Positions 7,968 to 15,139 of a stretch of DNA of 19,842 nt are shown here, piece by piece; the first letter of the stretch is position 1; every line of letters begins with the position of its first letter. The notes beneath the pieces are model-generated. The model saw nothing but the letters and a program-made list of their open reading frames with translations. It had not been told where the DNA came from and ran no database searches. The position numbers and the translations under genes were made by a program. Source of the stretch: PVC group bacterium (GTDB taxonomy: Bacteria; GCA-001730085; JADFSZ01); the NCBI GenBank assembly GCA_022560555.1, contig JADFSZ010000007.1, forward strand, positions 1 to 19,842. The letters are read 5' to 3'.

Positions 7968-8264
7968 TTATTTTTTATCCGGCTTTTTTTGTGTTTCAGA
8001 CGTTTTTGATGAAGACGAATCGCTTTTCGAATCTTTGGATGAAGATTTGGGGGCTTCTTTTTTAGCACCTTTTTGATACGACGCGCTTCGGTAATCCGTT
8101 TGATAAAAGCCGCTGCCTTTAAAGAGTATGCCGGAACCACTGCCGATTAGACGTTTGACTCCTTTGCCGCATTCCGGACAGATCTTTATCGGGGCTTCTG
8201 TTATGGGCTGAAAAACCTCAAATTTAAAATCGCATGTTGTGCATCTATATGGATAAGTGGGCAT
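7968..8264 (-). CDS. FmdB-family zinc-ribbon protein (CxxC_CxxC_SSSS type) with a Ser/Lys-rich tail
   Basis: 98 aa. MPTYPYRCTTCDFKFEVFQPITEAPIKICPECGKGVKRLI contains the two CxxC knuckles and family-typical spacing. It is followed by GSGILFKGSGFYQTDYRS and a low-complexity S/K tail. Confidence 0.85.
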   Translation of the reverse strand: MPTYPYRCTTCDFKFEVFQPITEAPIKICPECGKGVKRLIGSGSGILFKGSGFYQTDYRSASYQKGAKKEAPKSSSKDSKSDSSSSKTSETQKKPDKK

Positions 8265-8345
8265 TTTTTCGTATTTCGTATATTGTATTTGTATGTCGTA
8301 TCATGGGATAAAGCACAATCATTTTCCATACGCGATATACGGTTT

Positions 8346-8723
8346 TTACCTTTCTAAGATAACCTGTGCAATGGCATACTCGTGTGTATGCGTAATCGAC
8401 ACAAAAATATGAGTGACTCGCAAGTCCTTGGCAACACGCTTAACTTCACCGGATAAATTAACAATTGGTTTCCCGCTAGCCTCATTCATCACCTCAACAT
8501 CGCTCCACTTCATGCGTTTAACTAATCCGCTGCCAAGGGCCTTAAGAAATGCTTCTTTTACCGCAAAACGCGCGGCAAAGTGTCCCGCACAGCGATTTTT
8601 CTTTTGACAATACTCCCTTTCGACGTCTGTAAACACTCTTTTCGTAAAAACATCCCCCCATCGTGACAGGGATTTCACCATACGCGGAATGCTCACAATA
8701 TCTATTCCCGTTCCAAGTATCAT
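8346..8723 (-). CDS. acpS: Holo-[acyl-carrier-protein] synthase (4'-phosphopantetheinyl transferase)
   Basis: MILGTGIDIVSIPRM ... FTDVEREYC ... FAARFAVKEAFLKALG ... EVMNEASGKPIV ... VSITHTHEYAIAQVILE is canonical AcpS. I take the start as ATG 8723, because the family starts M-I-x-G-x-G-x-D-I. The longest ORF begins 6 codons upstream, at TTG 8741. Confidence 0.9.
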   Translation of the reverse strand: MILGTGIDIVSIPRMVKSLSRWGDVFTKRVFTDVEREYCQKKNRCAGHFAARFAVKEAFLKALGSGLVKRMKWSDVEVMNEASGKPIVNLSGEVKRVAKDLRVTHIFVSITHTHEYAIAQVILER

Positions 8724-8759
8724 ATAAATACCGTGCCCCAAGGCCTTCCAAACCGGACA

Positions 8760-8789
8760 ATTATAACCTAAATTGAGTTTTTGTGGAAA
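8760..8789 (-). promoter_or_regulatory. Weak candidate sigma-70 promoter for acpS
   Basis: On the minus strand: TATAAT (8765-8760), with TTCCAC at 17 nt or TTTCCA at 18 nt upstream. The -35 is poor, so this is a motif match only. Confidence 0.3.
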
Positions 8790-8806
8790 GTGATTATTAT
8801 TTCTTG

Positions 8807-8834
8807 AAAAAATATCCTAAAGCATTCTTTGAGG
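8807..8834 (-). terminator. Marginal intrinsic-terminator-like hairpin downstream of pdxJ
   Basis: The minus strand reads CCTCAAAG-AATG-CTTTAGG followed by ATATTTTTT. That is a 7 bp stem with one bulged C, a 4 nt loop, and a U-run. The stem is AT-rich and therefore weak. Confidence 0.3.
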
Positions 8835-8871
8835 TATTTTATTCTTCTCTGACTTTTCTGCCATTTACGAT

Positions 8872-9582
8872 TTACCGAAGTAGTTTTTTAATTTCCCTAA
8901 CAGCCTCTTCCATACCCACCACGACCGCTCTTGACACAATGGAATGGCCTATATTGACTTCCTCAATTTCCTTTATGGGGACGATATGTACAATATTTTT
9001 ACAATCCAGGCCATGCCCGGCATTGATTCTCAGCCCGCAATTTTTGGCCCAGTGAACAGCTTTGTGGATTTGATTGAGTTCATGTTCAAATGAACCGGTT
9101 TTAAATTTCTCGGCAAAAGCCCCGGTGTGAATCTCGATAAATTCGGCTCCGGATCGAGAGGCCGCTTGAATTTGCTCTTGGATGGGATCGATAAACAAAC
9201 TCACAACAATTCCCTGCTTTTGAAATCTTGGGATCACATCTTTAAGTTTTGAAAGTCCGGATAGCACATCCAATCCACCCTCAGTGGTAATCTCTTCGCG
9301 TTTTTCCGGAACAAACGTTACTTGATCCGGTTTGACCTCTAGAGCAATATTGATAATCTCGTCACTTAAAGCCATTTCGAGATTGAGACGGGTTTTTACA
9401 AAATTTCGTAAGCGCTTGAGATCGTGGTCCTGAACATGCCTTCGATCTTCTCTTAAATGAAGCGTGATCCCGTCACATCCGGCCTCGAGCGCTAAGCGGG
9501 CAAGAACAGCAGGATCCGGCTCATTGCCCCGGCGTGCCTGCCTGAGTGTCGCAACATGATCAATATTAACGCCGAGTTTCAT
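8872..9582 (-). CDS. pdxJ: Pyridoxine 5'-phosphate synthase
   Basis: 236 aa. MKLGVNIDHVATLRQARRGNEPDP, ITLHLREDRRHVQD, PEKREEITTEGGLDV, EIHTG and NAGHGL are hallmark PdxJ motifs. Confidence 0.95.
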   Translation of the reverse strand: MKLGVNIDHVATLRQARRGNEPDPAVLARLALEAGCDGITLHLREDRRHVQDHDLKRLRNFVKTRLNLEMALSDEIINIALEVKPDQVTFVPEKREEITTEGGLDVLSGLSKLKDVIPRFQKQGIVVSLFIDPIQEQIQAASRSGAEFIEIHTGAFAEKFKTGSFEHELNQIHKAVHWAKNCGLRINAGHGLDCKNIVHIVPIKEIEEVNIGHSIVSRAVVVGMEEAVREIKKLLR

Positions 9583-9592
9583 ATTTTATCCT

Positions 9593-10066
9593 TTAGCGTC
9601 TGAGTATATTGGGACTCAAATTCCCCTTGTGACCGGGAGGAATCGATATTTTTTCTTCTAGGAGAACATCGACAATCGGCAATTCGAACCCAAGAGACAA
9701 TTCGTCCGGTAAATGTTCAATGTGCACGGGCAAATGAAACACTCCGGTTTGGTGTATTTCCCTCAAATCAACATATACAATAAGATCTTTCCGCAAAACT
9801 CTCTTTAGATGTTCCGGTTTTCCCTCCAACAGTATATCTACTATTGAGGGTTGAACGGAAATGTCATATGTGTTATTGAACGACACAAGGATATCAATAG
9901 GTACATTTTCTAAAACTCTTTCTTCAAAAAGATATCCCCGGGTGTACTTTGACAAATTCACGCCGAGTTCTCCCTGAATATAGACCCAATATACGATAGC
10001 GAAGATAAAAGCCACCATCTTGAGCCCAAAATTATGAAAAAGCCACTTCGGCCTGGTATATTTCAT
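9593..10066 (-). CDS. cdaR: YbbR-domain protein, short CdaR-like regulator of diadenylate cyclase
   Basis: 157 aa. It has an N-terminal TM (LKMVAFIFAIVYWVYIQ), as in YbbR/CdaR proteins, then a single beta-rich module (VPIDILV ... ISVQPSIVDILLEG ... VYVDLREI). It starts 24 nt after the cdaA stop. The call rests partly on position, since no strong sequence signature is visible by eye. Confidence 0.65.
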   Translation of the reverse strand: MKYTRPKWLFHNFGLKMVAFIFAIVYWVYIQGELGVNLSKYTRGYLFEERVLENVPIDILVSFNNTYDISVQPSIVDILLEGKPEHLKRVLRKDLIVYVDLREIHQTGVFHLPVHIEHLPDELSLGFELPIVDVLLEEKISIPPGHKGNLSPNILRR

Positions 10067-10090
10067 TCTTTGAATAGAACCCCTCAGTTT

Positions 10091-10873
10091 TTATTGTACG
10101 AGCTTTTGCAATCTTTCTCTTAGTGATTTTTCATCTAGATCTCTTGTAATTTGACCGCTTGACATAATCGAAATGGCCCCGGTCTCTTCAGACACAGTCA
10201 CGGCCACAGCATCCGTTTCCTCAGATATCCCGAGAGCAGCACGGTGCCGGGTCCCGACGGTTCTTGACAAATAAGGGCTTTGGCTCAACGGTAATATGCA
10301 GAGGGCCGCCGCGAATTTTTCATCTCGAACAATCACGGCTCCGTCATGAAGGGGTGTATGGCTCATAAAAATCGTCACCAGCAATTCACGGCATATTTTC
10401 GAATCAAGACTAACTCCCGTTTCAATGAAATTTTTTAATCCTGTGTTTCTCTCAATGACAACAAGGGCGCCGATATTCTTTTTAGAAAGCAGAACCATGG
10501 CTTTCACTATCTCTTCAATCCATTTTTTACTCCGGAGAGAGCGTCCAAACAAAGGATTTTGGCCCAGCTTGGCCAAGGCCCGGCGCAAATCATTTTGGAA
10601 TATAATAATAAACGCGATAACAGAAAAGGCGAATAATTTAGATAAAAGCCAATCAATCGATTCAAGCTGAAATTTTCTCACAAGAAAAAAGATCACAACA
10701 ATGACGCCAAGCCCCTTGACAATTTGAGCTGTTCTGGTGCCTTGAATCAACAGCAAAATCATATAAAACATGAAACTGATTCCCAGGATTTCAACAATCA
10801 GTTTTCCGTAAAGGCCTAAAAAGACCGGCCAATCAGGCGGCATATTCTGACTTAAATTTTTCCAAAAAGACAT
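10091..10873 (-). CDS. cdaA: Membrane-bound diadenylate cyclase CdaA (DisA_N/DAC domain)
   Basis: It has three N-terminal TM helices, then a DAC domain with GALVVIERNTGL, PLHDGAVIVRD and TRHRAALGISEETDAVAVTVSEETGAISI (the DGA and RHR catalytic motifs). I take the start as ATG 10873, which is preceded by GGAG 8 nt upstream. The longer ORF to 10942 would overlap the folP 3' end. Confidence 0.92.
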   Translation of the reverse strand: MSFWKNLSQNMPPDWPVFLGLYGKLIVEILGISFMFYMILLLIQGTRTAQIVKGLGVIVVIFFLVRKFQLESIDWLLSKLFAFSVIAFIIIFQNDLRRALAKLGQNPLFGRSLRSKKWIEEIVKAMVLLSKKNIGALVVIERNTGLKNFIETGVSLDSKICRELLVTIFMSHTPLHDGAVIVRDEKFAAALCILPLSQSPYLSRTVGTRHRAALGISEETDAVAVTVSEETGAISIMSSGQITRDLDEKSLRERLQKLVQ

Positions 10874-10899
10874 TATGTTGCTCCGGAGAACCTTATGGG

Positions 10900-11772
10900 C
10901 TATATTCCATATGAATTCATAATGGCCTCGGCCATTCTGCACGCGTCCCGCGATGCCCGGACATCATGAACCCGCACAATATGGGCCCCATGCAAAACAG
11001 ATACGATGACACTTCCGAGAGACCCGCCCAAACGAAGATTCGGATCATCATGGCCAAGAATTTTTCCAATAAAACTTTTACGGGACGTCCCGACCAAAAT
11101 CGGTCGACGCAGTTTTTGAAAAAAATCCAGATGACGCAAAATCTCCAAATTTTGCCGTGTTGTTTTTCCAAAACCGATGCCCGGATCAATAATAATTTGA
11201 TTTTCGCGTATGCCGTTCTTTTTTGCTTGTTTTATCCATCGTGAAATATCCGCGTAAATATCTTTAATCACGCATGCGTATCGGGCTTTTTTTTGCATCT
11301 CTTTTGAATTTTTTCCTCGACGATGCATCAAAACAATCGGAACATTCCACTCGGCGATCACAGAGCTCATTTCAGGGTCGTCCCTTAGAGCGCTCACATC
11401 GTTGATAAGATCAGCTCCTTCCGAAAGAGCGGCACGCGCGACTTCCGCCTTCGTAGTATCAACCGAAATCCAGATTTTGGTTCTTTTTCTGAGACGTTTA
11501 AGCACCGGCAAAATCCGCTTGATTTCAATCCGGACATCAATAGAGTCAGATCCGGGGCGTGAGGACTCTCCTCCGATATCAATAAAATCAGCCCCCTCGT
11601 CACACATCATAATCGCGCGATCAAAAGCCTGCTTTGGTGACTCATACAGGCCTCCGTCCGAAAATGAGTCCGGCGTCACATTGAGAACACCCATGATATA
11701 GGTGCGCCGTTTAAGCGGAATTGTTCTTGAGCCGATGTGAAGGGATAGTGGGTACGGTGTCGCTTGTGACAT
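10900..11772 (-). CDS. folP: Dihydropteroate synthase
   Basis: 290 aa. IMGVLNVTPDSFSDGG, GADFIDIGGESSRPG, ISVDT, DLINDVS, IIIDPGIGFGKT and ILVGTSRKSFIG are the pterin-binding domain motifs. Confidence 0.95.
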   Translation of the reverse strand: MSQATPYPLSLHIGSRTIPLKRRTYIMGVLNVTPDSFSDGGLYESPKQAFDRAIMMCDEGADFIDIGGESSRPGSDSIDVRIEIKRILPVLKRLRKRTKIWISVDTTKAEVARAALSEGADLINDVSALRDDPEMSSVIAEWNVPIVLMHRRGKNSKEMQKKARYACVIKDIYADISRWIKQAKKNGIRENQIIIDPGIGFGKTTRQNLEILRHLDFFQKLRRPILVGTSRKSFIGKILGHDDPNLRLGGSLGSVIVSVLHGAHIVRVHDVRASRDACRMAEAIMNSYGI

Positions 11773-11811
11773 GACTCGTTAATCTTTACCGATAAATACC
11801 GAGAAAATATT

Positions 11812-13767
11812 TTATGAATTTTTATTGGATTCTTGTGCGTCCGGCTGATTCGGAGATTTCTGTTCTTTTTCTGACACTTTGCCCGGCACAATTTCTTTGC
11901 CGTAAATAATATCTCTAACGTCTTTTTCCATTAATACTTCCCGTTCCAGAAGCGCCTCTGACAACTTGCTCAATTGAGTTTTATATTTGACTAAGACATC
12001 GCTTGCATTTTGGTAACATTCATCAATAATTCTTTTCACTTCTATATCAATATTCCCCAGCGTCAGTTGGCTATGAGGGTTTTCCTTCACAAAATCCCTG
12101 GCGAGAAACACCGGTCCATCCTCTTTACCGTAAGACAATGCCCCCATGAGATCACTCATTCCATATTCACATACCATGCGATGAGCAATCTCCGTCGCCC
12201 GTTCCAAATCATTCTGAGCACCGGTGGTCGGTTCGCCAAACGTAAGCATCTCAGAAACCCGTCCACCCAATAAAACCGCGATCGTGTCCATAAATTCATT
12301 GAGGCTTTTTAAATACTTATCCTCTAAAGGAATATTCATCGTGTAACCCAACGCGGCCACACCCCTTGGGATAATAGACACTTTATGCGGTGGATCGGCA
12401 TGCGGTAAAACAACCGATAAAAGAGCGTGTCCGGATTCATGAACCGCAACAATCCTTTTCTCTTTTTCACTGATCACTCGGCTTCGTCTTTCTAATCCTC
12501 CCATCACACGTTCCAAGGCAGTTTCAAGCTCGATCTGGGTAACAGCCTTTTTGTCTCGCCGGGCGGCCAAAAGGGCGGCTTCATTCACAATATTCGCAAG
12601 ATCCGCGCCGGAAAATCCGGAAGTCTGTCTGGCCACAACACGAAGATCAACCTCCTTATCAAGAATAATATTTTTCGTGTGAACTTTTAAGATCCCTTCA
12701 CGTCCTTTGATATCCGGGCGATCAATCACAATCGTACGATCAAAACGTCCCGGCCGCAACAGTGCCGGATCTAAAACATCCGGTCTGTTCGTAGCCGCCA
12801 CTAAAATCACACCGCTAAAAGCGTCAAAACCGTCCATTTCTACTAAAAGAGCATTCAGAGTTTGCTCCCTCTCATCATGACCGCCACCCCACCCGGCTCC
12901 CCGGGAACGGCCAACAGCATCAATTTCATCAATGAACAATATGCAGCCTTTTCCGGTTACTTTCACGCTCTTCCTGGCCTGTGCAAATGTATCGCGAACA
13001 CGCGAGGCGCCGATTCCGACAAACATTTCAACAAAATCTGACCCGGCAATGGTGAAAAATGACACATTGGCTTCTCCGGCAATGGCGCGCGCCAACAATG
13101 TTTTTCCAGTTCCCGGCGGCCCGATCAGCAACACCCCTTTTGGGATCCTTCCGCCCAGACGCTGAAATTTTTTCGGATCTTTCAAAAAGTCGACAATTTC
13201 CACGAGTTCTTCTTTGGCCTCATCGATTCCTGCCACATCCATAAAAGTCGCTGTTTTCTCATCGTCTCCCAATAATTTGGCGCGGCTTTTTCCAAACGAG
13301 AGAACTTTCCCCCCACCTCCCATAGACATTTGCCGATAAAACACAAACCACAAAAAAGCAATAAACAATAAGATAGGCGCAAAATTGAGAAATATTGTCA
13401 TGAGCATAGTCTTAGGCGGCTCAATATTGAAATTGTCAACATGTTTCGTCAAAAGCTCAATCAATTGAGGGGATTCAATCACAAAAACTTTAGCTTGTCT
13501 GTCTTGGCCGTGATATTCAACCGTCACCGTGTTCCCGGCCATAACAGCTTTTCTAATCTTTCCTTGCTCAACATCTGTAATAAATTGTTTATAAGTCAGT
13601 TGCGTAGTTTGGTCAGGCAATTTTGAATTGATCTGTATAAAATACAAAAGAAACAACCCTATCCCAATCCATGTGATGAGAGAACGTTTATTTCGATCTT
13701 TTGGATCTTTCTTCGGGTCCGTTTTTCTTTTTCGGGATGGGGATGTTCTTTTTCCATGGTTCGGCAT
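11812..13767 (-). CDS. ftsH: ATP-dependent zinc metalloprotease FtsH
   Basis: 651 aa. It has two TM segments, the AAA module ([30 protein letters not shown], and the SRH segment [22 protein letters not shown]) and the HEXXH site HESGHAL. A lysine-rich ~30 aa N-terminal extension is present. An AAGGAG SD lies upstream of the ATG. Confidence 0.97.
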   Translation of the reverse strand: MPNHGKRTSPSRKRKTDPKKDPKDRNKRSLITWIGIGLFLLYFIQINSKLPDQTTQLTYKQFITDVEQGKIRKAVMAGNTVTVEYHGQDRQAKVFVIESPQLIELLTKHVDNFNIEPPKTMLMTIFLNFAPILLFIAFLWFVFYRQMSMGGGGKVLSFGKSRAKLLGDDEKTATFMDVAGIDEAKEELVEIVDFLKDPKKFQRLGGRIPKGVLLIGPPGTGKTLLARAIAGEANVSFFTIAGSDFVEMFVGIGASRVRDTFAQARKSVKVTGKGCILFIDEIDAVGRSRGAGWGGGHDEREQTLNALLVEMDGFDAFSGVILVAATNRPDVLDPALLRPGRFDRTIVIDRPDIKGREGILKVHTKNIILDKEVDLRVVARQTSGFSGADLANIVNEAALLAARRDKKAVTQIELETALERVMGGLERRSRVISEKEKRIVAVHESGHALLSVVLPHADPPHKVSIIPRGVAALGYTMNIPLEDKYLKSLNEFMDTIAVLLGGRVSEMLTFGEPTTGAQNDLERATEIAHRMVCEYGMSDLMGALSYGKEDGPVFLARDFVKENPHSQLTLGNIDIEVKRIIDECYQNASDVLVKYKTQLSKLSEALLEREVLMEKDVRDIIYGKEIVPGKVSEKEQKSPNQPDAQESNKNS

Positions 13768-13957
13768 AACGTGCTGGCTCCTTATAGTGTTTACTAGAAT
13801 TCTTTTGCTAGTATATGGTCTTTTTCTGTGGATTGAAAATATTGTTCTAAGTTGCTCATAATAGTCATGCTTGAAACGTTTCCGTAGATATTAATTTCCC
13901 AATTTTAGCATAAGTAACGGTTTATGTATATAATCCGCGTAAGTCGCTACGCAATGT

Positions 13958-14569
13958 TTACTGAAAGGCGTGTCGCCCCTCCAAGGATTTCGCGATTGTG
14001 GAAGAATCGATAAATTCCAAGTCCGCCCCGACAGCCAATCCATAGGCAATGCGGGAAATGAGAATCTTGGGAAAAGCCTTGCGGATAAAATTGCAGAGGT
14101 ACAAAGCGGTCGTTTCTCCTTCGGATGTTGTGTTCGTCGCGAGAATAACCTCTTTAATTGCGTTCTCCTTTAAACGACTGATGAGGCCGTTCATTTGTAA
14201 ATTCTCAGGACCGATGCCATCTAAGGGAGATAGAACTCCCATAAGCACATGATACACACCGTTAAATTTCCCGGTTTTTTCTATAGCAACCAGGTCATGC
14301 GGTTCTTCAACAACGCACATGACTGTTTGATCTCTTCGTTGATCCTTACAAATATCACAAGGGCTCACTTCCGTAAAGTTATTACAAAGTTCGCATCGGA
14401 TGACTTTTTCATTCACATCCGTGATCGCGCGGCATAAACTCAAATTGTCCTGTTTTGAACGATTCAAAACAAAATAAGCCAAGCGTTCGGCCGTCCTTGT
14501 TCCGATAGACGGAAGCTTATTAAATTCAGAAATCAGATGTTGAACCAGTCTATCGTAAATATGTCTCAT
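13958..14569 (-). CDS. recR: Recombination mediator protein RecR
   Basis: It has the HhH motif LPSIGTRTAERLAYFVL, the C4 zinc finger CELCNNFTEVSPCDICKD, the Toprim region VMCVVEEPHDLVAIE ... VILATNTTSEGETTA, and a C-terminal AYGLAVGADLEFID. I take the start as ATG 14569 (203 aa), which places 18 residues before LPSIG as in other RecR proteins. The 246 aa longest ORF would overlap the upstream gene. Confidence 0.92.
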   Translation of the reverse strand: MRHIYDRLVQHLISEFNKLPSIGTRTAERLAYFVLNRSKQDNLSLCRAITDVNEKVIRCELCNNFTEVSPCDICKDQRRDQTVMCVVEEPHDLVAIEKTGKFNGVYHVLMGVLSPLDGIGPENLQMNGLISRLKENAIKEVILATNTTSEGETTALYLCNFIRKAFPKILISRIAYGLAVGADLEFIDSSTIAKSLEGRHAFQ

Positions 14570-14597
14570 GGATTCATATGCCTTGAGTCTCTTTTCA

Positions 14598-15014
14598 TTA
14601 TGGAAGCGTTCGAGTCTCTGTGACAATACCTCTGTTTTCAATCGTTTCATACACCCTGGCTCCCGGCACACGATAAGATGGCCTGCTCCAAGATCCATAT
14701 GTTCTTTGACGGTGATACGGGATCACTGTTGGCTGTGTTATAACGTAACCTGATGGTGAATATAGAGAATATCCATTTTGAAAATTTCCCGCGTTTCCAT
14801 AAAACACCCTCTGGCTTATAACCGTTTGCGGAGGAATATACGGATCAACCAATCCGGTACCACCTTCAGGGAACCCGCCGGGAACTTCATGAAGACGTCC
14901 CGGGGCGCGTTGAATGTGAGTTTCCGTTGTTGTTACGGTTGTTTGTGCCATGAGACTAGGGTTTAAGCTGACAAGCAGTCCCAATAACAGAGACCATCCC
15001 AATGCTTTTTTCAT
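14598..15014 (-). CDS. Small secreted hypothetical protein (about 139 aa precursor); no family recognised
   Basis: ATG 15014 is preceded by AGGAGG at 6 nt spacing. The N-terminus MKKALGWSLLLGLLVSLNPSLMA/QT looks like a Sec signal peptide. The mature part is G/P/Y/T/R-rich with loosely repeated segments (PQTVISQRVFYG / QPTVIPYHRQRTYG). The longer 191 aa ORF upstream of this ATG has no SD and runs back to overlap the mfd 3' end (stop at 15140). Confidence 0.65.
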   Translation of the reverse strand: MKKALGWSLLLGLLVSLNPSLMAQTTVTTTETHIQRAPGRLHEVPGGFPEGGTGLVDPYIPPQTVISQRVFYGNAGNFQNGYSLYSPSGYVITQPTVIPYHRQRTYGSWSRPSYRVPGARVYETIENRGIVTETRTLP

Positions 15015-15069
15015 AACCTTCCTCCTGTTTAAGTCCAAAAACCTTATTGCATGGTACATCAGGGGCCAC

Positions 15070-15078
15070 ATTATACCA
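15070..15078 (-). promoter_or_regulatory. Candidate extended -10 promoter (TGgTATAAT) for the small secreted-protein gene
   Basis: The minus strand reads TTGTGGTATAATGTGG in the 125 nt gap between the mfd stop and ATG 15014. It is a perfect TGnTATAAT with no good -35. The -10 hexamer lies about 55 nt upstream of the ATG. Motif match only. Confidence 0.45.
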
Positions 15079-15139
15079 CAAAAGGAGATGGAGCCTTTGT
15101 CGCTTTTAATATTATCATAATACGCTGATACTGAATATA

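Noticed and set aside
7983-7989. A AAA AAG heptamer in the correct phase (CAA AAA AAG) near the end of the zinc-ribbon gene, the classic dnaX-type -1 frameshift slippery site
   Set aside because: A -1 shift reads GCC GGA TAA and terminates after two codons. That changes only the last few residues of a low-complexity tail. No downstream stimulatory hairpin or upstream SD-like element is evident. The site is most likely a coincidence of lysine codons.
7946-8140. 64 aa highly basic ORF whose TGA overlaps the activator's ATG (ATGA), suggesting translational coupling
   Set aside because: It is the +1 frame of the A-rich Ser/Lys tail of the zinc-ribbon gene, and Lys/Arg richness is the expected by-product of that composition. 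The zinc-ribbon frame is validated by its CxxC motifs. There is no independent start signal.
8313-8327. Sigma-54-like element TGGAAAATGATTGTGCT upstream of the zinc-ribbon / activator pair, a possible autoregulation site
   Set aside because: The spacing is again GG-N11-GC rather than N10. The -24 box matches only TGG and the -12 box is TGTGC rather than TTGC. It is too weak to call without a lineage-specific sigma-54 PWM.
8817-8864. 15-codon mini-ORF (MAEKSEKNKIPQRML) just downstream of the pdxJ stop, a possible leader peptide for acpS
   Set aside because: It has no SD and is very short. It spans the weak terminator-like hairpin, but I see no alternative antiterminator pairing. It is indistinguishable from chance.
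10874-10942. 23-codon extension of cdaA overlapping the folP 3' end
   Set aside because: ATG 10873 has a GGAG SD at 8 nt and starts just before the first TM helix, as in other CdaA proteins. The extension lies inside folP coding sequence.
13792-13813. Inverted repeat TACTAG-N10-CTAGTA in the ftsH 5' leader, 25-46 nt upstream of the ATG
   Set aside because: The stem is only 6 bp and AT-rich, with a 10 nt loop. CTAG-containing palindromes arise easily. There is nothing to tie it to a known operator or thermosensor.
14570-14698. 43-codon N-terminal extension of recR in the longest-ORF call (246 aa)
   Set aside because: RecR proteins begin about 16-18 residues before the LPGIG helix-hairpin-helix, which matches ATG 14569. 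The extension overlaps the 3' end of the upstream secreted-protein gene and has no RecR-like sequence.
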